Shown: positions 1-11,142, counted from the stretch's first letter. The stretch is 64,000 bases of DNA from Dehalococcoidia bacterium (GCA_041690175.1 JAWLHV010000004.1:130528-194527); one strand, 5' to 3'. Program-made: numbers and translations. Notes: generated by a model not told the origin, from the letters alone.

Positions 1-8
1 GATGCGCG

Positions 9-920
9 ATGCCCGAGTACCGCTACCTGCACTACGACGTCTTCACGGACACGCGCTTCCAGGGCAACCCCCTGGCCGTCTTCCCCGACGCGCGAGGGCT
101 GACCGACCCCCAGATGCAGGCCATCGCCAACGAGATGGCGTTCTCCGAGACCACGTTCGTCTTCCCGCCCGAGCGCGACGATACGGACGTGCGGATGCGC
201 ATCTTCACCCCCGCCCAGGAACTGCCCATGGCCGGCCACCCCACGGTGGGCACCACGTTCGCGCTCGCGCACGACGGGATCGTGGACGTGGGTGAGTTGC
301 GCCTGGTCTTCGGCCTGAACGTCGGGCCCACTCCCGTGGACCTCCAGTGGGCAGATGCGGCGCTCTCGTTCGCCTGGATGACCCAGCGCATCCCGGAGTT
401 CGGCGAGACTTTCCAGGACGAGGCGGCCCGCGAGGAGGTCGCCGCCGCGGTCGGCCTCGAGGTCGGCGCGCTGGCGGACGGCGTTCCGCTGCAGGTGGTC
501 TCCACCGGCGTGCCGTTCCTGTTCATTCCCCTCCGCTCGCGCGCGGCGGTGGACCGGGCTGCGCCGGACCTCGCACTGATGCGGCGGCTCCAGCAGGAGC
601 GCGGGGTGGAGCACTACTACCTGTTCACCGTGGAGCAGGGCGAGCCCGCGGCCACCTGCTACAGCCGGATGTTCGCGCCGGTGCTCGGCATCCCGGAGGA
701 CCCCGCCACCGGCGGCGCCTGCGGGCCGCTGGGAGGCTACCTGCTGCGCCACGGCCTGGTGGTGCCCGCCGGTGCCCAGGACATCCTGAACCTGCAGGGC
801 GCAGCCATGGGACGGCCCTCCTGGATCCGCATCCAGGTGCAGGGCGCGCCGGACGCCATCCAGGGTGTGCGCATCGGCGGGCAGTCCGTGCTGGTGGCTA
901 CCGGCACGCTCGAGGCGTAA
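9..920 (+). CDS. PhzF-family (phenazine biosynthesis-like) isomerase
   Basis: Complete 303-aa ORF with stop taa at 918-920. Family hallmarks present: YLHYDVFT...FQGNPLAVF N-terminus, SETTFV and GHPTVG motifs. GC3-rich codon usage. Confidence 0.85.
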   Translation: MPEYRYLHYDVFTDTRFQGNPLAVFPDARGLTDPQMQAIANEMAFSETTFVFPPERDDTDVRMRIFTPAQELPMAGHPTVGTTFALAHDGIVDVGELRLVFGLNVGPTPVDLQWADAALSFAWMTQRIPEFGETFQDEAAREEVAAAVGLEVGALADGVPLQVVSTGVPFLFIPLRSRAAVDRAAPDLALMRRLQQERGVEHYYLFTVEQGEPAATCYSRMFAPVLGIPEDPATGGACGPLGGYLLRHGLVVPAGAQDILNLQGAAMGRPSWIRIQVQGAPDAIQGVRIGGQSVLVATGTLEA

Positions 921-933
921 TCCCGACGCTGCG

Positions 934-2055
934 CTACTCGCCCGTCATGGCGTCGGCCAGCGCGACGTAGTCGCGCCTCAGCGCCTTCGCGACGGCGGGG
1001 TGGGTGACCTGGCCCCGCCAGATGTTCACGCCGCCGGCCAGCGCGGGGTCCCGCCGGGCGGCCTCGGCCACGCCGAGGTTCGCCATCCGCAGGGCGTAGG
1101 GGAGGGTCAGGCCGGCCAGCACGCGCGAGGAGGTGCGCGGCACCGCGCCCGGCATGTTCGGGACGGCGTAGTGGATGACGCCCTCCTCGATGTAGGTGGG
1201 CTGCGTGTGGTCCGTGGGCCGCGTGGTCTCGATGCATCCGCCCTGGTCCACGGCCACGTCCACGATGACGGCGCCGGCGGGCATGGAGCGCACCATGTCC
1301 CGCGTCACCACCACCGGGGCGCGTTCGCCCTCCACCAGCACGGCGCCGATCACCAGGTCCGCCGTGCGGATGCGGTCCGCGATCGCCTTGGGGGAGGAGA
1401 GGATGGTCTCCACGCGGCCCTGGTACTCCCGGTCCAGCGCCCGCAACTGGTCCTCCGCGATCGAAGCCACCGTGACGCGCGCGCCCAGGCCCACGGCAAT
1501 GCGGACGGCGTTGGCTCCCACGTTGCCGGAGCCGATCACGAGCACGTGCCCGGGAGGCGCGCCCGGCACGCCGCCCAGCAGCAGGCCGCGGCCCGGCCCG
1601 GGCCGCTTGAGGTACTGCGCGCCCACCTCCACCGCCATGCGGCCGGCCACCTCCGACATGGGCGCCAGCAGCGGCAGCGATCCGTCGGCGCGGCGCACCG
1701 TCTCGTACGCCACGCCGATGATGCCGCTGGCCAGCATGGCTTCCGCCACGGCGGGCGCCGCGGCCAGGTGGAGGTAGGTGAACAGGATCTGGTCCGCGCG
1801 CATCAGCGGGAACTCGGCGGCCTGGGGCTCCTTCACCTTGCAGACCAGGGAGGCGCGGCCCCACACCTCCTCCGCCGTGTTCGCGATCTCCGCGCCCGCG
1901 GCGGCGTAGTCCTCGTCGAAGTAGTGCGAGCCGTTGCCGGCGCCGCGCTCGATGAGCACCGTGTGGCCGGCCTCCACCAGCGCGGTCACGGACTCCGGCG
2001 TCAGCCCGACGCGGTACTCCTCTGTCTTGATCTCGGTGACACAGCCAACGATCAC
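934..2055 (-). CDS. ald: alanine dehydrogenase
   Basis: The track ORF 934..2646 is over-extended. The Ald-homologous portion begins at a GTG (VIVGCVTEIKTEEYRVGL...) preceded by GAGGAG. Rossmann motif VIGSGNVG is present. Predicted length is 373 aa. Confidence 0.9.
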   Translation of the reverse strand: MIVGCVTEIKTEEYRVGLTPESVTALVEAGHTVLIERGAGNGSHYFDEDYAAAGAEIANTAEEVWGRASLVCKVKEPQAAEFPLMRADQILFTYLHLAAAPAVAEAMLASGIIGVAYETVRRADGSLPLLAPMSEVAGRMAVEVGAQYLKRPGPGRGLLLGGVPGAPPGHVLVIGSGNVGANAVRIAVGLGARVTVASIAEDQLRALDREYQGRVETILSSPKAIADRIRTADLVIGAVLVEGERAPVVVTRDMVRSMPAGAVIVDVAVDQGGCIETTRPTDHTQPTYIEEGVIHYAVPNMPGAVPRTSSRVLAGLTLPYALRMANLGVAEAARRDPALAGGVNIWRGQVTHPAVAKALRRDYVALADAMTGE

Positions 2056-2098
2056 GCGCGGCTCCTCTGACTGGCGGGGTTGCCCCGGGTGACGGGGG

Positions 2099-3004
2099 TC
2101 AGGACGGGCGCTCCAGGACGTCACCGGCCTGCAGGACGTCCGCCGCGGCGGCCTTCGGCTGGCCGTCGCGCTGCACCCGCTCCACCACCAGCGTCCCGCC
2201 GATGGTGGCGACTTCCGCCGCGCCGTCCACGGTGGCCAGCACCGTGCCGGGCGGTTGGTCCGGGTGGCCCGGCCGCCAGCGAGACCCGAAAAGCCGCACG
2301 GTGTCGCCTCGCAGGCTGGCCCACGCGCCGGGCTGCGGGTCAGAGCCGCGGATGACGTTGTGCACCACGCGGCCGTGCTGGTGCCAGTCGATGCGTGCAT
2401 GCTCCGCGGCGGCGGGCGGCTCGTAGGTGGCGTCCGCGTCGTCCTGCTCCACGCGGGGAGCGTTGCCTTCGCGCACCAGGCGCACGGCCTCCACCAGCGT
2501 CTCCACGCCCAGGGGGTAGAGACGGTCGAAGTAGAGCGAACCCACGGAGTCGTCCGGGCCGATCTCCACCTCGCGCTGCAGGAGCACCGGGCCGGTGTCG
2601 ATGCCTTCGTCCACCCAGAAGATGGTGAGGCCGGTCTTCGCGGCACCAGACATAATCGCCCAGTTCATCGCCGTGCGGCCGCGGTGGAGGGGGAGCAGGG
2701 AGGGGTGGTACTGGATGGCGCCGTAGGTGGCGGCGTCCAGCACGCGCTTGCGGACGATGTCCGTCACGAAGGCGAAGACCAGCAGGTCCGGCTTCAGCGC
2801 CAGGTAGCGCTGGAACGGCTCGTCCTGCCGCAGGGCGGGAGTCTCGATGACGGGGATCTGGTGCTGCGTGGCAGCCTCGAACAGCGGGTCCGGCCGCGAA
2901 CCCTGTCGAGGCGTGGAGACGCCCACCACGTCCTCGCCCGCCGCAAGTAGCGCCTCCAGGACATCCTTGCCGAAGGCCGCCTGGCCGAAGAGGACGATGC
3001 GCAT
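2099..3004 (-). CDS. formyltransferase, methionyl-tRNA formyltransferase (Fmt) family
   Basis: 301-aa ORF. N-terminus MRIVLFGQAAFG and formyl-transfer motif HPSLLPLHRGRTAMNWAI, plus an Fmt-like C-terminal domain. No def gene is adjacent, so it may be an Fmt paralog. Confidence 0.65.
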   Translation of the reverse strand: MRIVLFGQAAFGKDVLEALLAAGEDVVGVSTPRQGSRPDPLFEAATQHQIPVIETPALRQDEPFQRYLALKPDLLVFAFVTDIVRKRVLDAATYGAIQYHPSLLPLHRGRTAMNWAIMSGAAKTGLTIFWVDEGIDTGPVLLQREVEIGPDDSVGSLYFDRLYPLGVETLVEAVRLVREGNAPRVEQDDADATYEPPAAAEHARIDWHQHGRVVHNVIRGSDPQPGAWASLRGDTVRLFGSRWRPGHPDQPPGTVLATVDGAAEVATIGGTLVVERVQRDGQPKAAAADVLQAGDVLERPS

Positions 3005-3150
3005 GGTGGGATCCTTGCCGCTACCCGGCCCACCGTGCGACCGAAGTCGCCCGCGGGCCCGCCGACTCGCTGCTCGGCGCCCAGTATAGGAGCGCCCCGG
3101 GCCACGGGCCGGTGAGCGCTCGTTGCGCGGTCCCGGCGTAAAGTGGCCGG

Positions 3151-3789
3151 ATGCCGCCGGAGCCGGACGCCACCCCCCAGCCGCCGTACGCGGTCACGCA
3201 TGGCGGGCTCTCAGAGGTCGACGCGTGGGCAGGGTGGCCCCCGACGCCGCGCGAGGCGCGCACGCTCCCGTTCCTGCGCGGCATCCGCGAGGTGGTGGAC
3301 ATCGGCGTCCTGGCGCTGGCGATGTTCCTGGTGGTGCAGTTCGCCGTGGCCAACTACGAGGTGGACGGCCGCTCCATGGAGCCCACGTTCCACCACGGCG
3401 ACCGGGTGATCGTGAACCGGCTGGTCTACCGCTTCAGCGAGCCGCGCGTGGGCGACGTGGTGGTGCTCCACGGCAACGGCCAGCGGGACCTGCTGAAGCG
3501 CGTCGTGGCCCTGGGCGGCCAGCGCGTGGAGATCGTGGGCGGGCGGGTGCTGGTGGACGGCGTGCCGCTGGAGGAGCCGTACATCGCGGAACCGCCGGAG
3601 GACTACGCGGAGATGCTGGTCCCGGAGGGGCACGTCTGGGTGCTGGGCGACAACCGCAACAACTCCCAGGACTCGCGTGCGTTCCTGGCAGTGCCGGTGG
3701 AGCGACTGGTGGGGCGCGCAGACCTGCGCTACCTGCCGCTGGACCGCTGGTGGATCGTGGACCACTTGCGCCAGGAGGCGAGCCCCTAG
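3151..3789 (+). CDS. lepB: signal peptidase I
   Basis: 212 aa with an N-terminal TM helix. Catalytic Ser box GRSMEPTF, Lys box region and GDNRNNSQDSR box are all present. Confidence 0.9.
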   Translation: MPPEPDATPQPPYAVTHGGLSEVDAWAGWPPTPREARTLPFLRGIREVVDIGVLALAMFLVVQFAVANYEVDGRSMEPTFHHGDRVIVNRLVYRFSEPRVGDVVVLHGNGQRDLLKRVVALGGQRVEIVGGRVLVDGVPLEEPYIAEPPEDYAEMLVPEGHVWVLGDNRNNSQDSRAFLAVPVERLVGRADLRYLPLDRWWIVDHLRQEASP

Positions 3790-4451
3790 CCCGCCGGTAC
3801 CGGCTCGGCCTCTGGCTCCGTGACGTACTCCGCGACGCCCTCCACGGCGCGCCACATGTACCAGGAACCCACGGACCGGTAGGGCGCCCAGGCCGCGCCG
3901 ATCTCGCGCGCCCGCGCCGGCGAGGGCATCTCGCGCAGGCCGTAGGCCAGGCGCATGCCGTTGCGGACGCCAAAGTCGCCCACCGGCATCACGTCCGGGC
4001 GCCCCAGCTGGAACATCAGGAACATGTGCGCGGACCACTCGCCCAGGCCGCTGACCTGGGTGATCTGCTCCACTACCTGCTCGTCGTGCATCTGGTCCAG
4101 GTGGCGGAAGTCCAGCGCGCCGGAGAGCATGCGGCCCGCGATGTCGCGCAGGTAGCCCGTCTTCTGGCGGGAGATGCCCACGGAGCGGAACGCATCGTCC
4201 GTGGTGGCCAGCAACTCGGTGGGGGTGGGGTAGCGCCCACCGTAGAGGGCCATCCACCGCTCCTGGATGGCGGAGGCGGCGCGCCCGTTCAACTGCTGGA
4301 ACATCACCGTCCGCAGGAGCGACTCGTAGTGGTCCATCGCGGGGCGGGGCCGGTAGGGGCCGTGTTCCTCGATGAGCCGCCCCACGACGGGGTCGGCCTG
4401 TCGCAGGTGTCGGTACGCGGCCGCTGCGGAGAAGCGCAGTCGCTGTGCCAT
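3786..4451 (-). CDS. DNA-3-methyladenine glycosylase II / HhH-GPD family base-excision repair protein
   Basis: 221 aa. HhH-GPD motif region (LGLGEWSAHMFLMF...GDFGVRNG). ATG at 4451 is preceded by GGGAGG. Converges with lepB with a 4-bp overlap. Confidence 0.85.
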   Translation of the reverse strand: MAQRLRFSAAAAYRHLRQADPVVGRLIEEHGPYRPRPAMDHYESLLRTVMFQQLNGRAASAIQERWMALYGGRYPTPTELLATTDDAFRSVGISRQKTGYLRDIAGRMLSGALDFRHLDQMHDEQVVEQITQVSGLGEWSAHMFLMFQLGRPDVMPVGDFGVRNGMRLAYGLREMPSPARAREIGAAWAPYRSVGSWYMWRAVEGVAEYVTEPEAEPVPAG

Positions 4452-4514
4452 GGCCGTCCCCCTGTCCTCCCTCGCGCGTGGCGCCGAGGGCGTCCGGCAA
4501 TGGTGGCGCGTTGA

Positions 4515-5100
4515 TGGTAGCCCGTGGGTTAGGGGGCGGTGGCGCCGGCCGCTGTCTCAATGCTCCGTGCAACGCCTCCACCTCCGCGGGGGACGTCAGG
4601 CGTATCCAGCGCAGGTGGGCGTAGGCGGGGTCAGCCATCGCGCCCACGTACCGCCGGCGCATGGAGCGGTGCGCCTGGAGCGCGTATCCCACGAGCGAGT
4701 CCGGATCCCACACCCTGAACTGCGGGAAGAAGCGCTCGTAGTTCGTCCCCCAGAGGAGTTCCCGGGAGCGCCAGCGCCTCCATGAGCGCCTGACGATCCT
4801 CGGCAGCGTGACCCGCAGCGGCAGGTCCATCCAGACGACCGTCTCGGCGCGTGGCCAGATGACCGGCGTGGTGTGCCGCCAGTAGTTGCCTGCCACCACC
4901 CAGGACTCCTGCGAAGCGACCTCGCGCAGCCGCGGGTGCCACTCTTCGTCCGCGGACCCAACCCAGCCCGGCTTCCAGAACAGGGCGTCGAGTTCCACGA
5001 GGGGCGCGCCGGTCGCTTCCGCGAGCCGTGCGGCCATGGTGCTCTTCCCGGCGTTCGTGCCCCCAACCACGATGATCCGCGAGCCCAGCGGGGCCGTCAT
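4515..5100 (-). CDS. P-loop NTPase, adenylate/shikimate-kinase-like (AAA_33-like), paralog 2. C-terminus unresolved.
   Basis: ATG at 5100 overlaps the stop of the upstream paralog (ATGA). Walker A GGTNAGKST. About 60% identity to the upstream paralog over roughly 190 aa. There is no in-frame stop until 3211, so the frame runs through alkA in another frame. The end coordinate is an estimate from paralog alignment. Confidence 0.5.
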
Positions 5101-5696
5101 TGCGTGCCCTCCAGTGCTCCCAGCGCGGCCTCCACGCTACGCGTGAAGGCGTCCACCTCGCGTGCGGACGTGAGGCGCACGAAGCGGATGTGCGCCCACC
5201 GCGGGTCGGCCATGTAGGCCAGGTAGCGGAGGCGCTTGCGGTGGTGGGTGGAGATGGCCCAGTACACGAGCGAGTCGCGGTCCCAGACCTTGAAGTGGCT
5301 CCAGAAGTTCTCGTAGTTCGTGCCCCAGAGCAGTTCCTTCGTGCGCCACCGCCGCCACGAGCGTGTCAGCACGCGCCACAGCACCACGCGCAGCGGCAGA
5401 TCCAGCCAGACGGCCGTCTGCAGGCGGGGCCAGAACGTACGCTCCGCGAACGCGGAGTAGGAGCCGGCGACCACCCAGCCGTCCCCTGCCGTCGCCTCGC
5501 GGATGCGCCGCTCGAACTCGTCCGGGTCATGCTCCGGGAGCGAGTGCCAGTTCGGCTCCCAGGAGAGCGCGTCCAGTTCCACGAACGGGACATCGAGCGC
5601 GCTCGCCAGGCGCGCCGCGAGCGTGCTCTTGCCACTGGAGGTGTTGCCAATGACCACCACGCGCGTGCCGATCGGCGAGGACACAGGCGACGACAC
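5097..5696 (-). CDS. P-loop NTPase, adenylate/shikimate-kinase-like (AAA_33-like), paralog 1
   Basis: Complete 199-aa ORF. Walker A GNTSSGKST. Conserved blocks VELDAL, WVVAG.Y and VWLDLPLRV..WR.L.RSWRRWR are shared with paralog 2. Confidence 0.75.
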   Translation of the reverse strand: MSSPVSSPIGTRVVVIGNTSSGKSTLAARLASALDVPFVELDALSWEPNWHSLPEHDPDEFERRIREATAGDGWVVAGSYSAFAERTFWPRLQTAVWLDLPLRVVLWRVLTRSWRRWRTKELLWGTNYENFWSHFKVWDRDSLVYWAISTHHRKRLRYLAYMADPRWAHIRFVRLTSAREVDAFTRSVEAALGALEGTQ

Positions 5697-5795
5697 AGCG
5701 GCCTCCGAGGGCGGCGCGCAGGCGAGGGTTGGAGCGAGCGCGGACGGCGGAGGATGCCACGCCCGCCCCCGCTCTGCAAGCGCAGTGGCGGGAGG

Positions 5796-7583
5796 CTACT
5801 CCGCGTGTGCGGCGGGGAGCGTGAAGCGGAAGTACGCCCCCTGCTCCGTGGGCAGGAGTTCCACGCGCCCGCCGGCAGCCTCCGCGATGCGGCGCACCTC
5901 TGCCAGGTGCTCGCCCTCCTCGAAGACGCGCTCGCGCCGCTCGAGGGCGACGCCGGGGCCGCTATCCGCGACGTCCAGGTGGACGCGGTCGCCGCTTCCG
6001 CGCAGCACCACCCAGGCGTTGCTCCCGGGCGGAGCGAACCGGATCGCGTTGGCCACCAGGTACTCGAGGGCGAGGGCGACCTGCGCCTCTTCGCCGGCGA
6101 GGCTTGCGGGCAGGTCGCCCTCCGCGGCCTCCAGCAGCGTCACGCCCCTGGCCTCCGCCCGCGCCCGCAGCCCTTCCAGCACGCCTCGCACGAGCGCGAG
6201 TGGCGCCATGAGGGCCGGCCCGGCCGGCGGTGCGACCTCCCGGATCAGGATGAGCAGGCCGCGCCCGTTGCCGCGGTGCTCGGTCATGCGGAAGGCCTCG
6301 AATGCCAGGTCGCGGCCGCCCACGGCGTGTACGTCCCCGCCGCCAGACGGCGAGTGCGCCCGCGCGCGCTCTACCAGCCGCGCGTAGAGGTCCGCTCCCA
6401 GCGCGTGGGAGATGCCGTCCTGCACTCCCAGCATCTCGTCCGCGGCGACGCCCAGGAGGCGCGCCGCGGCGGGGTTCACGACGATGCAGACGCCGTCCGA
6501 GCGCTCCACCAGCACGCCCTCGTGCATCGAGCGGATCACGTGCTCGCCCAGCATCTGACGGGCTGCGGCCACGCTCGCTTCCTCCGCGAGGATGGCGGCA
6601 CGTTCCTGGAGGTGTTGCAGCGTGTTCGCCGCCTGCTCCGCGGCGCGGCCCACCTCGTCCGGTCCGGCCAGCGACTCCAGCACCGCGGCGTTGCCGTCTG
6701 TCTCCTGCGCCGCCAGCAGTCCGGAGCGGAGGTTCGTGACGCCGCCGGCCATCCGGCGCACCACGAGGCCCAGCGCGGCGAGCCCCACTCCGCCCAGCAG
6801 CACGAGCCCCAGCAACCATCCCCACGCGCCCTGACCCGCCCCGTCCGGAAGGGCGGAAGCGGGAGCGTCGATGGTGGCGATGAGCGTCCGCTGCCCCTGG
6901 GCCAGCGCCAGCGGCCCCCGGATCTCCACGCGGTCCGGCCCCACCCCCGTGCCGACAGTGACACCGTCCGCGGCGCCGTCCTCGGTCCAGACCAGACTCA
7001 CGCGGCGGTTGTTGTCGCCAGCCAGCGTCGCCAGCGTCTCCGCGTCCAGGCGGACGCCCAGGGCGATCGCGGCGCGCTCCAGCGTGGGGTCGGTGCTGGC
7101 GCCTGCGGCCAGCACCGGGCCCTCTGCGAAGTCGAAGACGCCGCCCTCCGGCGCGCCGTCCAGCAGGTACTGCGCGGCCCCGGAGGGTGCGCCGTCCGCT
7201 CCCGCGGGGGCGTCCAGGAAGGAGCCGGGCAGGCCGTCCTGGTAGACCAGCGTGCGCCCCGGGCCGGAGACCACCAGGTAGTCAGCGCCGCCTCGGGAGG
7301 CGCGGCCGTGGGTCAGTACCGGGGGCGGGGAGGTGCCGCCGGTCGCCGCGAACCGCAGCACAGCGTCCTGCTGGAGCAGGGCGGCGGCGTGGTCGCTCAG
7401 CGCGTCCGCGCGGGCCTGCAGGGCCGCCTCCAGCGCCGCGAACTCGGCGCGCGCGGCCACCTGGCGGCGGTCGTCGTCGCCCGCGCCCAGGTTGAGGGCA
7501 AAGAGCGTCGAGGCGGCGGCCAGCACCAGGACCGTGAGGAGGCCGATCGCGAGGGCAGTGAGCTGGTATCGGGACTGTCGCAA
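5796..7583 (-). CDS. membrane sensor protein with periplasmic domain, PAS and HATPase_c (histidine-kinase-like, no recognisable H-box)
   Basis: 595 aa. TM1 is residues 8-30, followed by an extracytoplasmic domain of about 230 aa and TM2. A PAS-like segment (VIRSMHEGVLVERSDGVCIVVNPAAARLLG) follows. HATPase_c N-box EYLVANAIRF and G1 box DSGPG are present. No HisKA/DHp phosphoacceptor His motif is found between PAS and the ATPase domain. Confidence 0.6.
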   Translation of the reverse strand: MRQSRYQLTALAIGLLTVLVLAAASTLFALNLGAGDDDRRQVAARAEFAALEAALQARADALSDHAAALLQQDAVLRFAATGGTSPPPVLTHGRASRGGADYLVVSGPGRTLVYQDGLPGSFLDAPAGADGAPSGAAQYLLDGAPEGGVFDFAEGPVLAAGASTDPTLERAAIALGVRLDAETLATLAGDNNRRVSLVWTEDGAADGVTVGTGVGPDRVEIRGPLALAQGQRTLIATIDAPASALPDGAGQGAWGWLLGLVLLGGVGLAALGLVVRRMAGGVTNLRSGLLAAQETDGNAAVLESLAGPDEVGRAAEQAANTLQHLQERAAILAEEASVAAARQMLGEHVIRSMHEGVLVERSDGVCIVVNPAAARLLGVAADEMLGVQDGISHALGADLYARLVERARAHSPSGGGDVHAVGGRDLAFEAFRMTEHRGNGRGLLILIREVAPPAGPALMAPLALVRGVLEGLRARAEARGVTLLEAAEGDLPASLAGEEAQVALALEYLVANAIRFAPPGSNAWVVLRGSGDRVHLDVADSGPGVALERRERVFEEGEHLAEVRRIAEAAGGRVELLPTEQGAYFRFTLPAAHAE

Positions 7584-7648
7584 GAAGCGTCACTCGGGCA
7601 CGCCCGGCCGGAGCCAGGCGGGTGGAGCAGGAGAGCCCAAATAGTGTA

Positions 7649-7674
7649 CGGGCCGCCTCCGAAGAGGCGGCCCG
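7649..7674 (-). terminator. intrinsic terminator-like hairpin downstream of the fabG-like gene
   Basis: Perfect 11-bp stem cgggccgcctc / gaggcggcccg with loop cgaa. On the minus strand it is followed by TACACTATTTGG. Confidence 0.45.
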
Positions 7675-7725
7675 TGGGAGTGCTGTGATTGTGCGGTGGC
7701 CAGACGGCAGCAGGGCGGGGCCCTG

Positions 7726-8472
7726 CTACATGTACTCGCCGCCGTTCAGGTTCAACTGGGCGCCCGTGTAGAAGTTGCCGCTGGGCTTCACCAGGAAGAC
7801 CACGGTCTCCGCGACTTCCTCCGGGGTGGCGAAGCGGCCCAGGGGGATGCGGGAGATGAGCGTCTGCCGGATCTCGTCCGACAGGCCGGAGACCATGTCG
7901 GTGTCGACGTAGCCCGGGCAGACGGCGTTCACGGTGATGTTGTCCCGCGCCAGTTCACGCGCCGCGGACTTGGTGAAAGCGACCATGCCCGCTTTCGCGG
8001 CGGCGTAGTTGGAGAGGCCCACCGCGCCCTGCTGGCCCTGGATCGAGGAGATCTGGACGATGCGCCCGTACTTGCGGGTGCGCATGCCGCCTACCGCGGC
8101 GTTGGTGACATAGAACGCCGACGACAGGTCCGTCTGGATGACCAGGTCCCAGTCCTCTGGCGCCATGCGCGCGACCGTCTTGTCGCGATTGATGCCGGCG
8201 TTGTTCACGACGATGTCGATCTTCTCGAAGGCTTCCTCGCCCGCCTTCACGAGGCGCTGGGCCTCTTCCGCCTTGGAGACGTCCGCCTGCACCACCAGCG
8301 TCTTCACGCCGTGCTTCTCGCAGTCCGCGGCGGTGGCCTTGGCTGCGTCCTCGTTCGACGTGTAGTTGATGATCACGTTCGCGCCTTCAGCGGCGAGCGC
8401 GATGGCCGTGGCGCGGCCGATGCCGCGGCTGGCGCCGGTCACGAGTGCGACCTGTCCGTCCAGTGCCCCCAT
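7726..8472 (-). CDS. SDR-family 3-oxoacyl-ACP / acetoacetyl-CoA reductase (FabG/PhaB-like)
   Basis: ATG at 8472 (MGALDGQVALVTGASRGIG) with AGGAGG 6 nt upstream. The ORF-track start at 8487 is a TTG. Catalytic YAAAK and NAG motifs are present. Confidence 0.85.
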   Translation of the reverse strand: MGALDGQVALVTGASRGIGRATAIALAAEGANVIINYTSNEDAAKATAADCEKHGVKTLVVQADVSKAEEAQRLVKAGEEAFEKIDIVVNNAGINRDKTVARMAPEDWDLVIQTDLSSAFYVTNAAVGGMRTRKYGRIVQISSIQGQQGAVGLSNYAAAKAGMVAFTKSAARELARDNITVNAVCPGYVDTDMVSGLSDEIRQTLISRIPLGRFATPEEVAETVVFLVKPSGNFYTGAQLNLNGGEYM

Positions 8473-8669
8473 GCAAACCTCCTGCAACTGTTGCTGGGCT
8501 CGCCCACGACTTGCCGCCGGCTGAGCCGCGCCCCGCCCCCGGGGCGCCCCCTGCTTTGCTCGGACCGGGCCGGGCCCGGCGATCCGCTTGTCGGGGCCGC
8601 GCCGTCACCGCCGTATGCTCGGTCGTCGCGTCCCCTGGTTCGGCTGGTACCGCGCCGGGCGCGGCGAGC

Positions 8670-10358
<1,689 letters not shown>

Positions 10359-10450
10359 GGGCTGGATTCCCGTGCTCGCCGATCCGTGATGGATGGGAGG
10401 TCGAGCCGATGGTCCGCGTGCCGCGCTGTCGGCGTTGTCTGGGAGCGCCG

Positions 10451-10873
10451 CTACGAGAGCGCTTCCACCATCACCAGCGCGTCGCCCCGGATGACCTCCG
10501 TGCCGTCTTGCTTGGTCACCACTGTATCGAGCGAGACGCGAGAACGCTCCGGATCCACCTTGGTGACCGTGACCGTGGCCGTGATCTCGTCGCCGGCCAT
10601 GACCGGGCCGCGGAACTGCATGTTCTGCGCCAGGTAGATGACCACCGCGTCCGGGGCCAGGCGGGTGCCGAGCGCAGCGGAGATGGCTCCGGCGCCAAAC
10701 ATGCCATGCGCGATGGGCTGCTTGAAGCGCGTGCGCTTCGCGTACTCCGCGTCCGTGTGGAGCGGGTTACGGTCGCCGGTGACCTCGGAGAAGGTCGCCA
10801 CGTTCTCCTGCGTGACCTTCGCGGTGTAGGTCGCCTGCGAGCCCACGGTCAGGCCCTGCACGTCGTCCGCCAT
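10451..10873 (-). CDS. MaoC-like (R)-specific enoyl-CoA hydratase / dehydratase (hotdog fold)
   Basis: ATG at 10873 (MADDVQGL) preceded by GGGGG. Hotdog motif region GDRNPLHTD...AHGMF. The track ORF carries an 18-aa upstream extension. Confidence 0.8.
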   Translation of the reverse strand: MADDVQGLTVGSQATYTAKVTQENVATFSEVTGDRNPLHTDAEYAKRTRFKQPIAHGMFGAGAISAALGTRLAPDAVVIYLAQNMQFRGPVMAGDEITATVTVTKVDPERSRVSLDTVVTKQDGTEVIRGDALVMVEALS

Positions 10874-11083
10874 CTGATACCCCCATTGCTGCGGGCGCAT
10901 CGTACGAGGGCAGGGTGGACGGGACAAATCGCGAACGTAGCCGGCCGGTCCTCGACGCCGGTCTGCGTCGCCCGCAGCGCCGTCCCCGACCCGATTGTGA
11001 CAGGGCGCACATAGCCGGGGCTAAGTGCGGGAGTTCGCTGGGGCTGAGTTTACCCACTTACCTGCAATAAAATGCAAAAAACG

Positions 11084-11112
11084 TTGACTTCCCCCCTGGC
11101 CACACCTAGGAT
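11084..11112 (+). promoter_or_regulatory. sigma-70-like promoter of the suf operon
   Basis: TTGACT (11084-11089), 17-nt spacer, TAGGAT (11107-11112), about 30 nt upstream of the sufR ATG. It sits in an unusually AT-rich patch that contains AACGTT. Confidence 0.45.
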
Positions 11113-11142
11113 CGACGTAACGGACGGGGGCGCCTCATTCCC

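Noticed and set aside
934-2646. 570-aa ORF containing alanine dehydrogenase
   Set aside because: The N-terminal 200 aa are low-complexity Pro/Ala/Arg-rich with no homology. The Ald core starts at an internal GTG with a GAGGAG SD.
3211-5100. 629-aa minus-strand ORF
   Set aside because: Only the first 190 aa or so are homologous to the neighbouring P-loop paralog. The rest is a stop-free read-through crossing the independently supported alkA-like gene in another frame.
5100-7688. 862-aa plus-strand ORF
   Set aside because: It is antisense to the kinase-like and P-loop genes. The sequence is Arg/Ala/Gly-rich, typical of stop-free antisense frames in 70% GC DNA.
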